From contig NC_134033.1 in NCBI RefSeq assembly GCF_964204645.1, positions 14,082,655 to 14,146,654 of the forward strand: a stretch of DNA of 64,000 nt, read 5' to 3'. Source of the DNA: Tubulanus polymorphus. Lineage: Eukaryota > Animalia > Nemertea. This document shows, one piece after another, positions 13,800 through 25,982 of the stretch. How positions within the stretch are numbered: position 1 is the stretch's first letter; each line of letters opens with the position of its first letter. A program made the translations under genes and the position numbers. The notes under the pieces are model-generated. The model searched no databases. It was given only the letters and a program-made list of their open reading frames with translations, and was not told where the DNA came from.

Positions 13800-14681
13800 A
13801 TGGACGAAACAAATTTCAGCGACGTTCACCGAACCTTACGTCTGTATCACAGCGAATTCGATTTCGGACCGAAAAGAGTAGGTGAAGTTTTTCGCGCCGC
13901 TAGCGACAAACTGAAGACAACGGGCGGCAGGCGGAGAGGTTTGAGGGTGCTATCAGTCGGTGCGTCTCACGGGTTTTTGTTAGAAGACGCGTTGACCGGA
14001 GTCGCCGATGAAGTGAGTTTCGAATGCATGGACTGCATCGAACCTAACTCCGTTATGTCGCGGGAGCTGGAGACTCGAATGAATAAACTCGGCAATAAGT
14101 ACGGCTTCAAGTCCAAGACGCATACGCGTAAATTCTCTAGTAAGGAAGCGCCTTCTTTCTTACCGAACGATTTCTACGATCTGATCATGTTTTCGCACTC
14201 GCTCTATTTCTTTGACAATCCGGCAGAATGTTTGGAAGTGGCGCTCTTCAAGTTAGCGAACCAGTGTGGACGAGTGTACCTGAGTTTAACGAAGAATGAA
14301 GAGGTTTATAAAATCTGTCAAGAAATCCAAGCTCTCGCCGCCGGTGGTCCATTAGTTCCCTACGTCCGAGTTGACATAGACGAAATCCTCCCCGAAATAG
14401 CGTCTAAGATAACAGTGGTTTCGCGCGCCACCGATGAGGCCGCAATTTTGATGCACCTTGCTCTGAAACCAGACGGATTGAGCATCGGTGAAAAGGACGC
14501 GGCGAATCGCGAAATGTACGACGATATGCCAAAGTTTGTCGCGCATCGAGATATCGATACATTACTGGAAACATCGCGCGCACAAGTTCAGGGTATCATC
14601 CGTAAATATGTCGTCTATAGTTACGGGTTTCCGTTGTTGCCTATGACTGTGGAACGGCTCGTACTGACCAGAAAAGCTTAA
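13800..14681 (+). CDS. Class I SAM-dependent methyltransferase, histamine N-methyltransferase-like (~293 aa), single coding exon
   Basis: Motif I LRVLSVGASHG, acidic residue after beta2 (CIEPN), and YDLIMFSHSLYFF resembling the HNMT/Methyltransf_11/23 motif. The probable ATG is 13800, after the acceptor ttttctattag (13771). A candidate UTR donor gaaag|gtaggt lies at ~13615. Confidence 0.8.
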   Translation: MDETNFSDVHRTLRLYHSEFDFGPKRVGEVFRAASDKLKTTGGRRRGLRVLSVGASHGFLLEDALTGVADEVSFECMDCIEPNSVMSRELETRMNKLGNKYGFKSKTHTRKFSSKEAPSFLPNDFYDLIMFSHSLYFFDNPAECLEVALFKLANQCGRVYLSLTKNEEVYKICQEIQALAAGGPLVPYVRVDIDEILPEIASKITVVSRATDEAAILMHLALKPDGLSIGEKDAANREMYDDMPKFVAHRDIDTLLETSRAQVQGIIRKYVVYSYGFPLLPMTVERLVLTRKA

Positions 14682-15114
14682 GACCACGTGCGAGTTACCA
14701 AGATTTGGGTTCCGGGTGAAACCATTAAAGACGTTATATCGAACTAATGCTGATATAACATAATAACAGTGAAACTCGTTGCTCAAATCATGGTGCGGCA
14801 TTTGGTAATTGATTATTATGTTAATCTTTTTGATTTTATTCTATTTCGATTTATTCCATTATACCCGTATTAAAAACTCATCAATTAACAGCAGTTTGTA
14901 ATAGGGAAACCGTTAGGTGGTGGCCTCGATACAGAGTTTTTTTTTCTTTTTGATCTTAAAATAGGGATTGACCCTGTTATTTATTATTTGATTGGTAGAT
15001 TTCGATACAGAGTTTTTAGCCGTAATGATACGTGGCAATAAAAATATGGCTCAATAGAAACATCCTGTCTTTTGTTCAGTAGATCTGTGTTAAGCAGTCA
15101 CGTGTTAACACTTC

Positions 15115-15345
15115 AGGACAGTAGTGAGTGGATGAGGAGGAAGAGTAGAAGGGGGAAATGAGGAGTAATGAGGTGGAAGAGCGGACTAAGTGAAGAGGGG
15201 AGTGAGGAGGAAGTGGAGTGTGGAGGAGTAGCAGGGGAAAAGGAGGAGTGATGACGTGGGGGAGGGGAGTAAGTGAAGAGGGGAGTGAGGAGAAGTGAGG
15301 CGGAAGAGGAGGGGGATAGTGGAGGGGGAGTGAGGAGGAGGGGGA
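15115..15345. repeat. Purine-rich (GA/GGA) low-complexity tract
   Basis: Predominantly G/A on the plus strand. Confidence 0.85.
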
Positions 15346-16963
15346 GTTTCGACATATTGTTGATCATTAGTGACGGATTAGGATTATGCATATTCATGAA
15401 TATGATAATGCTTGTCGCTGTATTAATGCAGATAATTAGTCAAATCTAAAGCCGTACTTGTTAGAATTGAATTCATGAAATGTATTTAGATTAAAGTTTC
15501 ATAAGTTCACGGAGCCTCAACTCTCTTTTATACCTCGATGTTTGGTATAATTAATATATAGATCTAATGTACCGTCATCTAGAATATATCACAGTTGATG
15601 TCCTACAGCACACGCACGCAACACCATCCAAGAAAACCTAATGTTTGAACCAATTATTCGCGCATGCATTGGTGAAAGACAGTGTGGAATTAATATTTGA
15701 ACCAATTAATACATATTATAAATTTTTTCGAGTCAATATATGTATTCGAATGACTATTTGAACCAATTAATTCAGCTAATGCATGAGCAATACGGGCTTT
15801 TTGTCGGTTCAAGTCGGTTAATTAGTAAGTCCTCCTTTTCCCCTTTAGTTAATATCGGGCTAATTGCAGTCCGCATTGGTCTTTTTCTTTTTTACTGGAC
15901 TAAATCTAGTCAACGCGCAGGACAGTTACCTACTCGTGCACAAAATTCTAGAAAAGAAATATGACTTTTACTATTATTATTTTTATCACAAAATTGAAAA
16001 ATAGAAATGATATGAGATCTCACAGTAATACACATTCCTATAGTAACCGAAATTACCAATTATGTTCTCCAATCTGAAAACGTATTTTCCTTTTAGATCG
16101 AGATGAAGTTAAGTTCAATCACCGCAAACTGACAAAAAAATTAACTCCATCCAGGATCAGAGAAATTGCACCTACAGTGTTTAGCAGTTCTTTGACAAAT
16201 CGGGTGTGATCTATGATGAATTACGTGTGATTACGCGAGATATTCAGTGTTTTTAAATCATTTCTTGTAGATGTTGATTCTTTAGTCGTAGTTTTCGGTA
16301 AGACGCTGGAAATCCGATTGTATCCGAAGTCGGAATTATTCTAACTTGGTGGAGTTTGTCTTGGTCCCAAAAGATCCGACTTACGCAAGGTTATTCAGTA
16401 CAGGAACATATATGACATTTTGCAGTAGGCGATGTTAACAGCTTGCAAATAAATTTTGAATCATGTTGTATCATGTTCCATCGGTAATTAATGGTGCAGG
16501 TTCACCACATAACTCATAGTATTACGTAGCTGTCTTAACTTATGATGGTTAGTGTGTAGAACTGTCGTGTCGTGGCGCCTGCTAGCCTGTTCACGAGAAG
16601 GGGAGAAAAAAGGCATCATTTTTCAGCCTTTGGTAAAATTTAAGATATCTTTATTTGAAATTGTCCCGATTGTGATCAGTTAAATGCTTACGGTACTGCA
16701 CTTCGACGTGAACAAAATCTGGAAAAATTATGTGAAAAAAATCCTTGCATTTTCTAGTGAAAATCTAGTGAAAATTGCTTACGGTGACACCTAATGGCGA
16801 ACATTGTAACCCTCGCGCAAATAAGCGGCGGTGTTGCAAAATAGTGACGATGCAAAATAGAGGACGATGCAAACATTATCCAAGGTCGCAACCAAGATCA
16901 TGTGTTTTGCATGACGCTCGTTCCATAGATAACCGGAGGTATCCGACGTTTCGAGCCCGACGT

Positions 16964-17060
16964 CATCTTCACCCGTCAAGGGATTCGAACCCACAACGCT
17001 AAAGGTGTTCCGGAAGCGAGTTCGGGAGTGATACCGGGCCCCTGGCAAGCGAGGATGGCC
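16964..17060 (-). mobile_element. B-box-containing dispersed repeat (SINE-like); longer copy at 32204-32530
   Basis: catcttcacccgtcaagggattcgaacccac and ggaagcgagttcgggagtgatac...ccctggcaagcgaggatg are shared between the two loci. Confidence 0.6.
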
Positions 17061-17377
17061 CGACGTTAGAAGTGCCAGATGCGAATATACGAACGACGGT
17101 TCAATGACAATCAAATCTATTTTTCTAAAATGACAGCTCTTTGATCGCCGGTTCAGGCAGTTTTCAACAACGAGAATATTCGTGCGCTCTAGATGTTTAT
17201 TGAATAGAACGTCGATATCCTATCGACTTACATTTCATTACCATATTATCAACTGTATAATTTTTTAATGTAATTTAACTCGTAAATAAAGAATAATAAT
17301 GATATCACGATTATGATAATTACTGCCTTAAATCGCTTTGATAATTTTTACATATGATATTATTCCAGTAGATATCT

Positions 17378-18474
17378 TTATTTTCCGAAACCGGGAGGCA
17401 GACGACCGTATTGGGCTATGAATTCGGGTTCACCTAAAACCAACGAAAAATCAATGCTTGAGTTACGAATAAACGCAAATACATAATTTACAAAACAATT
17501 TAAAAATAGGGTATGGAGTTATAGTGACATTATTGTGACGTCGACAGGGAGCGAATTATTTAATAGTTCGCGTATCCAAATCATAATTTCATATTAAAAG
17601 CATTCTTACCTTTTGTTTTACACACGATTTCACCTAAAAAAAAAGACAATAACCAAAAACAGCTTTAATTGAATATCTATAATTCTACGAATAGTGATTT
17701 GCATTGTGTCTACAGTTTGGAAATGAAATGACCGCAAAAGATTGAATAGAAATGTCAACTGATTTGGATTCGAACCCATGAAGTGAAGCCCGGCTAGATT
17801 GTTCGGCTATTTTGATTAAACCCTTTTTTATTAAGATCACTTTGGTTCGGTTAGGTTTGGTATTCATTTACCTGTCTTTTTGTTCACTTTACAGTTCTTA
17901 ACTTTGTCTGCTGAAAAAAAGAAACAGCGGCGTTTGAGCATTCAAGCATTATACAACGACCTTTCAGTAACTGCCTCCAGCAATACCCCTTGTCATCTAA
18001 AACGCTGGTTAATTATAGGGGTAGGGGCGCCCATTTTGGGCCGCAGCACACTTTTTAAAATGTTTTCAAAATATTACACAATTTGCCCAGTATGAAAACA
18101 ATTTATTCTTATATAACGTAAATATTTCAGGGACTAGGCCTCCGCTATAGCCTAGGTTGCTCGTTAAGTTATTATAATTTGAATTCTAGTGGAATTTACC
18201 CCTTGAGAGAAATTGGAAGACCACCCTACCCCCATTAAGAAATCCTGAGGACGCCCACTAAAGAACCTTTCAACAACCTCGCAACAGTTGATACAGATAA
18301 CCTCGACATTCACTAACGCCGTAAAGCGCCCTCTACTGTCGAAGTACATTTGAGCAATGCGTTTAGGTAGATCTAAAGTAACCCACCTTCAGCGGCATGA
18401 ACTTCACTTATTGTAATGACGCAGATCATACCGAGTAAGAAACACACCGCGAACAGACGATTCTGCGTGAACAT
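17378..18474 (-). CDS. Small secreted peptide precursor B (68 aa), one Cys pair, predicted C-terminal GRLPPGF-amide
   Basis: Coding exons 18474-18387, 17910-17872, 17633-17610, 17433-17378, all GT-AG and phase 1. Translation MFTQNRLFAVCFLLGMICVITISEVHAAEADKVKNCKVNKKTGEIVCKTKGEPEFIAQYGRLPPGFGK*. A non-coding first exon ends at 18628. TATA at 18726-18734 and AATAAA (minus) at 17196-17201. Confidence 0.85.
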
Positions 18475-18725
18475 CTGAAAGAAAAAGGGAATTAAATGGA
18501 AAGAGCGATTATACTTATTGAGAAAGTATTTCTCAATATTGTTCCTGTAATGCTGAATCCGAGATGATACACAAAAACAGACTGAGACGTAATGTACACA
18601 TCCATTAAGAAAGCAAACACAACTTACCTTGTTTATAAAGTAGAAATTTATTCGTCCGTTTCCGTGGATTTTCTTCTCAAACGCGGAGCAATTTTGTTTC
18701 TGAAATGTCAACGGGCAATGCGCGC

Positions 18726-18734
18726 TATATATAA
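18726..18734 (-). promoter_or_regulatory. TATA box of peptide gene B
   Basis: TTATATATA on minus, ~100 bp upstream of the first-exon donor at 18628. The aligned site in copy A (~10456) reads tatacacacg on plus, so it is degenerate. Confidence 0.55.
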
Positions 18735-18983
18735 GCGTGACAATAATCGCTTCAAGATCTCTGGTTCCTATGATAAATTGTTTAGTAGATGGAGATTGCG
18801 AATTTCGGGCCGAATTTTCTAAAGATCAGTTTACCGTCGCCGGGGGGCATAGCGGCACGCTTATTACCGGTCTTTTAGTTATAATTGATTACCAGTTACC
18901 GACTGTTTGATGTCACTTTATCAGGTGAAAGTTTAATTTATCAAATATTTCAGCTTCGGGTTATACATGCTATTAGCTTTAAC

Positions 18984-19015
18984 CATGGACGTATAATCTA
19001 GTTTATACGTCCATG
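18984..19015. mobile_element. 32-bp hairpin insertion with 7-bp target-site duplication
   Basis: CATGGACGTATAA-tctagt-TTATACGTCCATG flanked by ctttaac on both sides. It is absent from the paralogous site near 10790. Confidence 0.7.
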
Positions 19016-21089
19016 CTTTAACCAACTTGTTCCGTCCACTGGACGCTAGATTCGCGCTATTAAAAATGCGTAGAGCAATCAGTCATTCCTGGCCCTCCCC
19101 GTACAGCTGTCGGATAGGCCGTGATTAGAGTGAACCTCGTCCCTCGACGTGCGTGCGTGCTGCGCCGAAAACACAACAATCATCGCAGCTAAATTTACAA
19201 TTCCCGAAATATCAAATCATTCGTCACCAATCGAAAATATCTTGAATGCTGTTTAGTTGTGACTGGAATCTTCGTCCGGCTGATTCAAGGTACACGATCG
19301 TCAATAACGGTTTCAGTACCTTTCGTGGTCCGGAGGGAGTTTAGTTTCACGTTTCTGGATATGTTCCGCAAGCCCATACGATTAAGCTTACCATCAACGA
19401 TTGGGTAACTTACTGACGGGGAGGTCTACGCTCTTCGAAAGGGAGGCGATGGGTGTCGTAGTTTTACTCCGCAAATGAGTGAATTTTCCTTTTAAAATCC
19501 CTGTTAAAGCAGGAGCATTTCCAATGTTGTTTACCTATTTTTCTAAATAAATCGTGCACTAGCACTTTATCTGTTTATCGCCGTAAACCATCTCATTGTT
19601 TATTACTACGGACATTGAATTCATAGCGCAGCCCTATAGCGGGATTCGAACCCATCGTTGGAACAATTTCATAACGGCGTCGACGCAACATTTTATTTCC
19701 GAAGGTCGCGAGGACGCGGAAGTAAAACTGAAAATTGCGCTGAATTTAATTTTTAAAGCGATTTGTTGAATTTTCATTGTTTCGGGACGAATTTCACCTA
19801 TCTGACGACGTGGTATCCTGTAGAATATTTCCTGACAGACAAGAAACAATTCGGCAACTTTAAGAGGTAAATGATTGATTCGTATTTTTCTACCCAAAAA
19901 AAGAAAAACTCTTTTTTGTTTGTCGAATTCGAAAGATTGAAAAATTATCGTAAAAAAGCGAAGAATGATTTCCATTTGATTATGACATGTCGGATTTCAT
20001 CATTTCACTCGTTATATGTCTTTTCGGCCTAGCTGCAGTTGCCTGCCCACTAGTACACTACTGTCCTGTCTTGTCTGTTGTTTCGTTCCAATAGTTTAGT
20101 TAATATAGTCGGTTGATCTACCTTTACTATACATTAATTTGTTCAGTAAGGATTTTCTGTTCAGAAATTAGCAACATATTTGTACTGAAGTTGCTCGCGT
20201 GCTGAAAAACTGCACCGCAGAAGCCATTTTTCAGCTTGACGCGAGAAAATTGCTGTTAAATGATGAGAAAACTTTCAAAACGTGAATTCATTATTTGTTT
20301 CTGAATGCAAAATCTTCAATGAACAAACTAATGCATAATATACACAGATCAACTGATTATTAACAAAGTTACAGATCAAGAAGTTGCAAGCAGAGCATGT
20401 GTTACAGACAGTAGTTTGTTGTTTGTTTTTTTGGCTTCATGTCGTTTTGTATCTTGATTTCCCTAGACTAACCCTATTGGATTGTAGTTAGTGGCATTAC
20501 TGTTAGGCCTACTATAAGAGTTTACAGGGTTAAAGTTAGGTTCGGAACATAACAATTGGTGAGATATTGCTTACCCGAAAAATGCAAAATTGGCAAAAAA
20601 TATCCTCCACCTCCTAGGTATATCCCTCTAGGCCTCTATCTCCCCCCTCAACTTCGTCCTTCTTCCCTCCCTTCGGGATCTGCCTCTCCTGTCTCCTTTA
20701 CGGGTTACTCCTGATTTTATTGAACAGAGGCTGCACAACGTACATAAGATTGCCTCGCGATCGGATCGAATAAAAACAAAAACAACAAATTATTTTATAG
20801 AATCAGTTGGATTTGATGTTGAAAATACTTTATTGTCGTTTACTCAATACAGCTAAAAATGTTACAGTTCAAGATATATCGTATTAGATACACGTCAGTG
20901 ACCTCATCGTGATTCTCTGATACAGGTATCAATCTGCATCCTGACATTCCATACTTTAACTATCACCATTCTTGTAATATATTTTCTCATAAGTACTTTG
21001 CCCCGGGACGTTTCTAGTTTGAAATAAACTAGGCCTACAAAAATTTCATCAGCGCACAAAGCTGTCAGTGTCGAAACCCTGATCGTCCA

Positions 21090-21240
21090 CACTTCATATT
21101 GTGTGTTCAGAACTTCACCAGAGACATGTTTCATCGAAAATGCACTACGAACACCAGACATTAGACATTCTACCAGCGCACTTTCAAAAACTGATCGTTC
21201 AACCTTCACATCTGTTCAGTACTTCACCCGAGACATTTCC
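21090..21240. repeat. ~150-bp dispersed repeat; inverted copy at 40962-41097
   Basis: cagacattagacattcta...actttcaaaaactgatc...acttcacccgagacattt matches the reverse complement at ~41 kb. Confidence 0.75.
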
Positions 21241-24200
21241 AATTACAAAGACCCCAGTTCATCAAAACCGGTATGAACAAAGACGATTTACCTACAAACG
21301 GAAACGATCTTTGCAAACCGATTTCGGACGATCGCGCCTCGGGTATTAGACGTTTTATCAGTAAAATGTCCCGGCTTCTCTACGATGGTTAACCTCTGGG
21401 TTTAGGGGTCGCTTCAGGCTGCAGAATGATACCTGCCTTTTTTTTATTTTCATCGGAATTTACAAAAAAAAAGTTTCATCAGTAAACAAATAAATACTTC
21501 AATAGAAATTGTCTAGTTATTTATAAGCAGTAAGACTGGCCTTTCATTCGAACAACATTTTGCAAATACCGTAGATCTTTAAAAAAATGTCGCTTTCCTA
21601 TTGACCACAATAATATATTTGAGAAATGCATATTTTTTAATTCTTTCAGAGTAACCGCGCGTAGACCTTTCCCGAAAAACGATGTGGTCGCTTCAGCCGA
21701 AATATATATGAGCACCGTGCCATTTTATTCCGACCAGGTTCTAATCGAAAATATATTTTTTGAATGAGAACTGGCTATTTTAGAAGTTCAGACAATTTTC
21801 TAATATGTTTTGATTCACCTTATTTTGATGATAATATCTTTAGTAATTGAAGAAAAAAAAGAAATAAAAGATTGGCGCCTAATATGTATTTAGATTTGTC
21901 TGGGATCGAATTTTTCGGATGATTTTCTTAAACGTTTTAACACAATTAAGTCTAAATACGACCAGTGAAACTGTGCAGTCTGAATTATTTTTCTAAAATT
22001 CCGTTTTAACAATGTATCCCAAAAAGAGCGATCCCGGACAAAATGAATAGGCTTTAGTCGCATAATTGTCTATGATTTCGTAGACCTTCGCACATTTCGG
22101 GAAAAGTCTATTGCGCAGTATAAAACGTACATAAAATTGCTTATCAACCCGATAATTATAATCATCGAAATTATTAATAATAACAATCTGAATTATATTC
22201 GCGGTATAATCATACGATATATGTTTATATATGTACATTACAAATACACGGATTACGTATATATCAAGTTGATTGGCCCCAAGACGATGGTTAAATAGTA
22301 AAATTGTTTCGTTTGCAATAGTTACAAAGACAATCAGTGCGATTAATCATCAGATCTCTCTCTCTCACTCACTCTCTCTATTTTTGTTCTCTTGTTTTAT
22401 TGTATATTTATAAAAGCATGTTTTAATCAAATTGCGTCTTGTGTGTATATATTTACAGTTTGAATGACGTACTCGCAGGATATCATATAAAAAAAAAAAA
22501 AAACTTTGCCTTGCATCGGAATATGGATAGATTTCTGGAATGCGAATAACTGTTTTGGCAGATTTTGAAATCTTTGATTTCTTGTTCCTGCGCGAGAAGA
22601 TATCATTTCTTTAACGAATCAGTAAAATTATGATTAGTTTCTCATTCGCGTCGACGCTATCGATTTATTACGACCCTCTCGTTCTCGATGACTTCGTCGA
22701 TTCGATGAAATTTAGGAATTTACGCGCATTCGCCGGGGTTCGAACCCGGGACAGGCGTGCTAACCCGTAGACCATTAAAAGGCAGGGACCCTACAACTCT
22801 TTGATTCCTTTATAAAACTCCTAAATGGAAAATGCTTTTGAAGGCAGTTGAAACTCCTTTTGAATGAGATCCTCAAAACTCCTTGAATTTTAAAAAATAG
22901 TCTATTATAAATTTTTTAGACTACACCTGAAATGGTACATTTGGGATGTTTTTTTACCCAATTAGGTGATTACCAAATTCAAGTTTAGGTAGTGTAAAGG
23001 ATGAGAACTTGTTTACAAAACCATTGAACGAATGGTTTACCGAGATAAACAGTACCGATTTAGGAGGAGTCTATAGTGTAATTGGGATTGTAAGTAATGC
23101 AGACACTTCCTTGGAATTTGAAATTTTTAAACTACTTACCATCCATTGCAACAATACGTAACTAGGGTATTTACAAACTCTGATGGTCTGTCAATCATCG
23201 ATTGTTTTTGCGACACAAGACCATTATAAACAGCTTGATGACATACTTAGTAATGGCGGCTTGCGTAGCTTAGTAAATGAAATAGATCTAGTTAGCAAGA
23301 GATTTAAAACAGCCGCGGCCTTTTTTCTTTCTATTACTGAACCAGGATCCCTTCCCTCGAGCCCTATTCGTTTGAGCCCAGATCTCGCCTCCCGGTGCCC
23401 CGACACATCCGCCCCATCCCTCAACACAGAGCTGTGACTTGGAACCACGAAGCTTAAGATATTATTCAGATTTAATTCATGAATTATTCGTAAACGTAAT
23501 TCGTCATTATTCAACTGCTTCTATTAGTCAAATTAGTCGCATTTCTGTTTGCGATCAGTTCGATATCATTTTACGTATATTATCATTACCGGCGTCAATA
23601 ATACTAACACACGCAACTGCCTCAGGAGACTTCCTTCCATACACGAGGTTACCAGAACCCATGTCTGCGTTAGGGGGGAGGGGGAGTTCATGCGAGGTTT
23701 TTTCTATACGGTAAAAGTTCGTTATAAACGCGCTGTCATTCTTTTACCTGTTCTCTGATTAGCGCCAACACGGAGAACATATTCGCTAAAATCGAACTCA
23801 AATTCTGTGAAAATTATCGCTTGTTCGTAACGCTGCCCGAATCGTTATAACGCCATGTTTTTCATCGCTATTACGGTGGTGTTATAAAGCACTTTGTTCG
23901 CTGTAGTTTTCTGCTCTACTAGAGGGAGAGGGCAGGTCTCGTACCAGACTCTAAATCATCTATTCCGATTTCTTCTTCCTCACAATTATGTACACGATAC
24001 TCTTTACAATGCAGTTTAAACTTTTACTTATTCGTAAACAGTTCCGTCGATTTCGAATTAGTTCGGAAAATTAAATCGAATGACATATTTCGTGGAATGT
24101 TATTCGTTTCTTTTAAATTCCGCCCGTTTCGCGAATGGAAAAAAAACCTTTGAAAACTTTGTACAGACTCCGCCTTATTTCAACGGGATTTTCCGGAGTA

Positions 24201-25067
24201 TATATTCGAAAAGCACCAGTTTCTACCCACCAGGGTAAAAACATTTTTGAAAATCAAATTCATCCTCGTAATGTTCGAGTCAATTTCGAGTTGCTAGTTA
24301 AATGTGCCGGTTCCATAGTTAGGGCTTAGACTTAATACCAGTTACATAGCCGATCCAGCAACTTAAGGCCAGTCTTAGAAGCACTTGTAGACTCGAGTCT
24401 CGACCGTGGAACTGGCTCGCTGTATAAACAGTACTTTTCCGTACAAAATTCGTATGATAAATAAATTTCTCTTTTTTCCCCCGAAACCGAATTCGGAATA
24501 TTTTCACATCAACACGAAACGTCGTCGTAGACGCAACACACACGGTCGCGCGCAGTATAAAGCATATTTTTCGAAAACTGTGTTGTTTTTTTTTTCTCTC
24601 TAAACGCCGCTCTCTTCTTCGTTACTCGACCGATCACCTAAAACATCTAAAAACATTTCTATTCATCTATTGCTGCCGATTTCTGTGCTGGAAAGAAGTT
24701 TGTTTTTGTTGTATAGAATATCATCGAAAAAGCAAATCAATGCCTCGTGTATATATGTATGTATATATATATATATATCTATGTACAGCGTAGCCCCGAC
24801 TGCCAGGGCAGGTTTCGATCAAATACGTAATCGCGTATACAACGGTGACTTTCGAAACGTCGAAACTAGTTTTTTTTTTTCAACGACGTAGAATTGGCTA
24901 GCTATCCCGCTAGATGGCGTCGTTTTCGAATAGCTTTAGGCGTTTTGTATCTGACCATTTATCGATTTAAGCGTAGAAGACTGTAGCGCTTCTAGCGGTT
25001 CCTCGATTGCCACAGAAGCGTTGTCATTGTCCCGGCTGGTCCCTCCGCCGAGGTTTGTAGTTTGTTT

Positions 25068-25982
25068 TTATTGTATCGACTGAAGGGACGAGCGCTGTAT
25101 GGGATGCATCTGGGCAACTTGTTGCTGCAGAGCTGCTTGGGCCGCGGCGCCCTGGGGACCTAGCATAATCCCCGGCCCGAGCGAGCCGCCGGTCGCTATC
25201 GACAGCCCGGACCCGGTCGAGTGCGCCGAACCGAGCGAGATGGCCGGACCCATCGAGATGCGCGATCCCATCAGAACCGGTCCACCGGGAGTCATCGCCA
25301 GCCCGGGGTACGGCGCGGCGGCTAGGTCCTGTCCGGCCAGCGATATCGGTTTACTCTTCGTCTCACAGGTGGCGCACTCGCCGCACGTGCACGGGTAGAT
25401 CAAGCGTTCGGAGCCCATCGGGGTCAGGCGGGTGCACTCCTCCATGTTTTGCGCGTGTTTCAAATTGTCGTAGATTTTGCGCAGGCGTTCGCTGATTCGG
25501 TACTGGAACGCCGTTCCGACGCAGGCTAGTAAACTCATCACGATACACAGCATCATCGCGTAGTACGAGCTGCGTTCCATTTCGGCGACGGCGTCTTTAC
25601 TGTTCAACCAGTTATCGGTGACGAACGCGACGCCTAGCACGATAGTGATCACCATACCGATCTGCGTACAGAACACGACCCAGGCTAACGGGAACAGATA
25701 CAGGAACGCCGATACCGAGCCGTTCTGCGCGCATTTACCGAGCACCACTCCCGAAAAGCCGGTCATGATGCAGAGAACGCCGGCGCCGAGGAACGTGGCG
25801 TCGAATCCGATCTTGTGGAACGGGTAGCGCACGTCTTCGTAGTAACTATCCAACAGAATGAACAGCACGCAGAACGCTATGAGCATCGAGCCGGCGATCG
25901 TCGTCAACAGCGACGACATCGAGATTTTGCGCCATAACGAACGGAAGTTCCTGGCGACGGTGCACGGACTAGCGTGGATCAT
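25068..25982 (-). CDS. Four-transmembrane protein (MS4A/CD20- or tetraspan-like topology) with Cys cluster and Gly/Pro/Gln-rich cytoplasmic tail, 304 aa
   Basis: GC-rich 304-codon ORF with four hydrophobic segments (LLTTIAG...FILL; FLGAGVLCIMTGFSGVVL; FLYLFPL...GVAFV; YYAMMLC...GTAF). Upstream acceptor tttttttgcag at 26115-26116 and candidate UTR donors near 26848 and 27040. Family assigned by topology only. Confidence 0.75.
   Translation of the reverse strand: MIHASPCTVARNFRSLWRKISMSSLLTTIAGSMLIAFCVLFILLDSYYEDVRYPFHKIGFDATFLGAGVLCIMTGFSGVVLGKCAQNGSVSAFLYLFPLAWVVFCTQIGMVITIVLGVAFVTDNWLNSKDAVAEMERSSYYAMMLCIVMSLLACVGTAFQYRISERLRKIYDNLKHAQNMEECTRLTPMGSERLIYPCTCGECATCETKSKPISLAGQDLAAAPYPGLAMTPGGPVLMGSRISMGPAISLGSAHSTGSGLSIATGGSLGPGIMLGPQGAAAQAALQQQVAQMHPIQRSSLQSIQ

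Noticed and set aside
18373-18711. 112-aa minus ORF (and 10150-10516 ORFs) as standalone genes
   Set aside because: They read through the UTR exon and intron. Only the MFTQNRLF signal-peptide exon is supported by both paralogs.
22728-22780. tRNA gene candidates from GGTTCGA boxes (also 3258, 19640, 55328, 62830)
   Set aside because: No complete cloverleaf or acceptor stem; treated as SINE-like remnants.
22970-23437. Long plus frame with one internal stop, possible pseudogene or retroelement fragment
   Set aside because: No recognisable motif on either strand; BLASTx would be needed.
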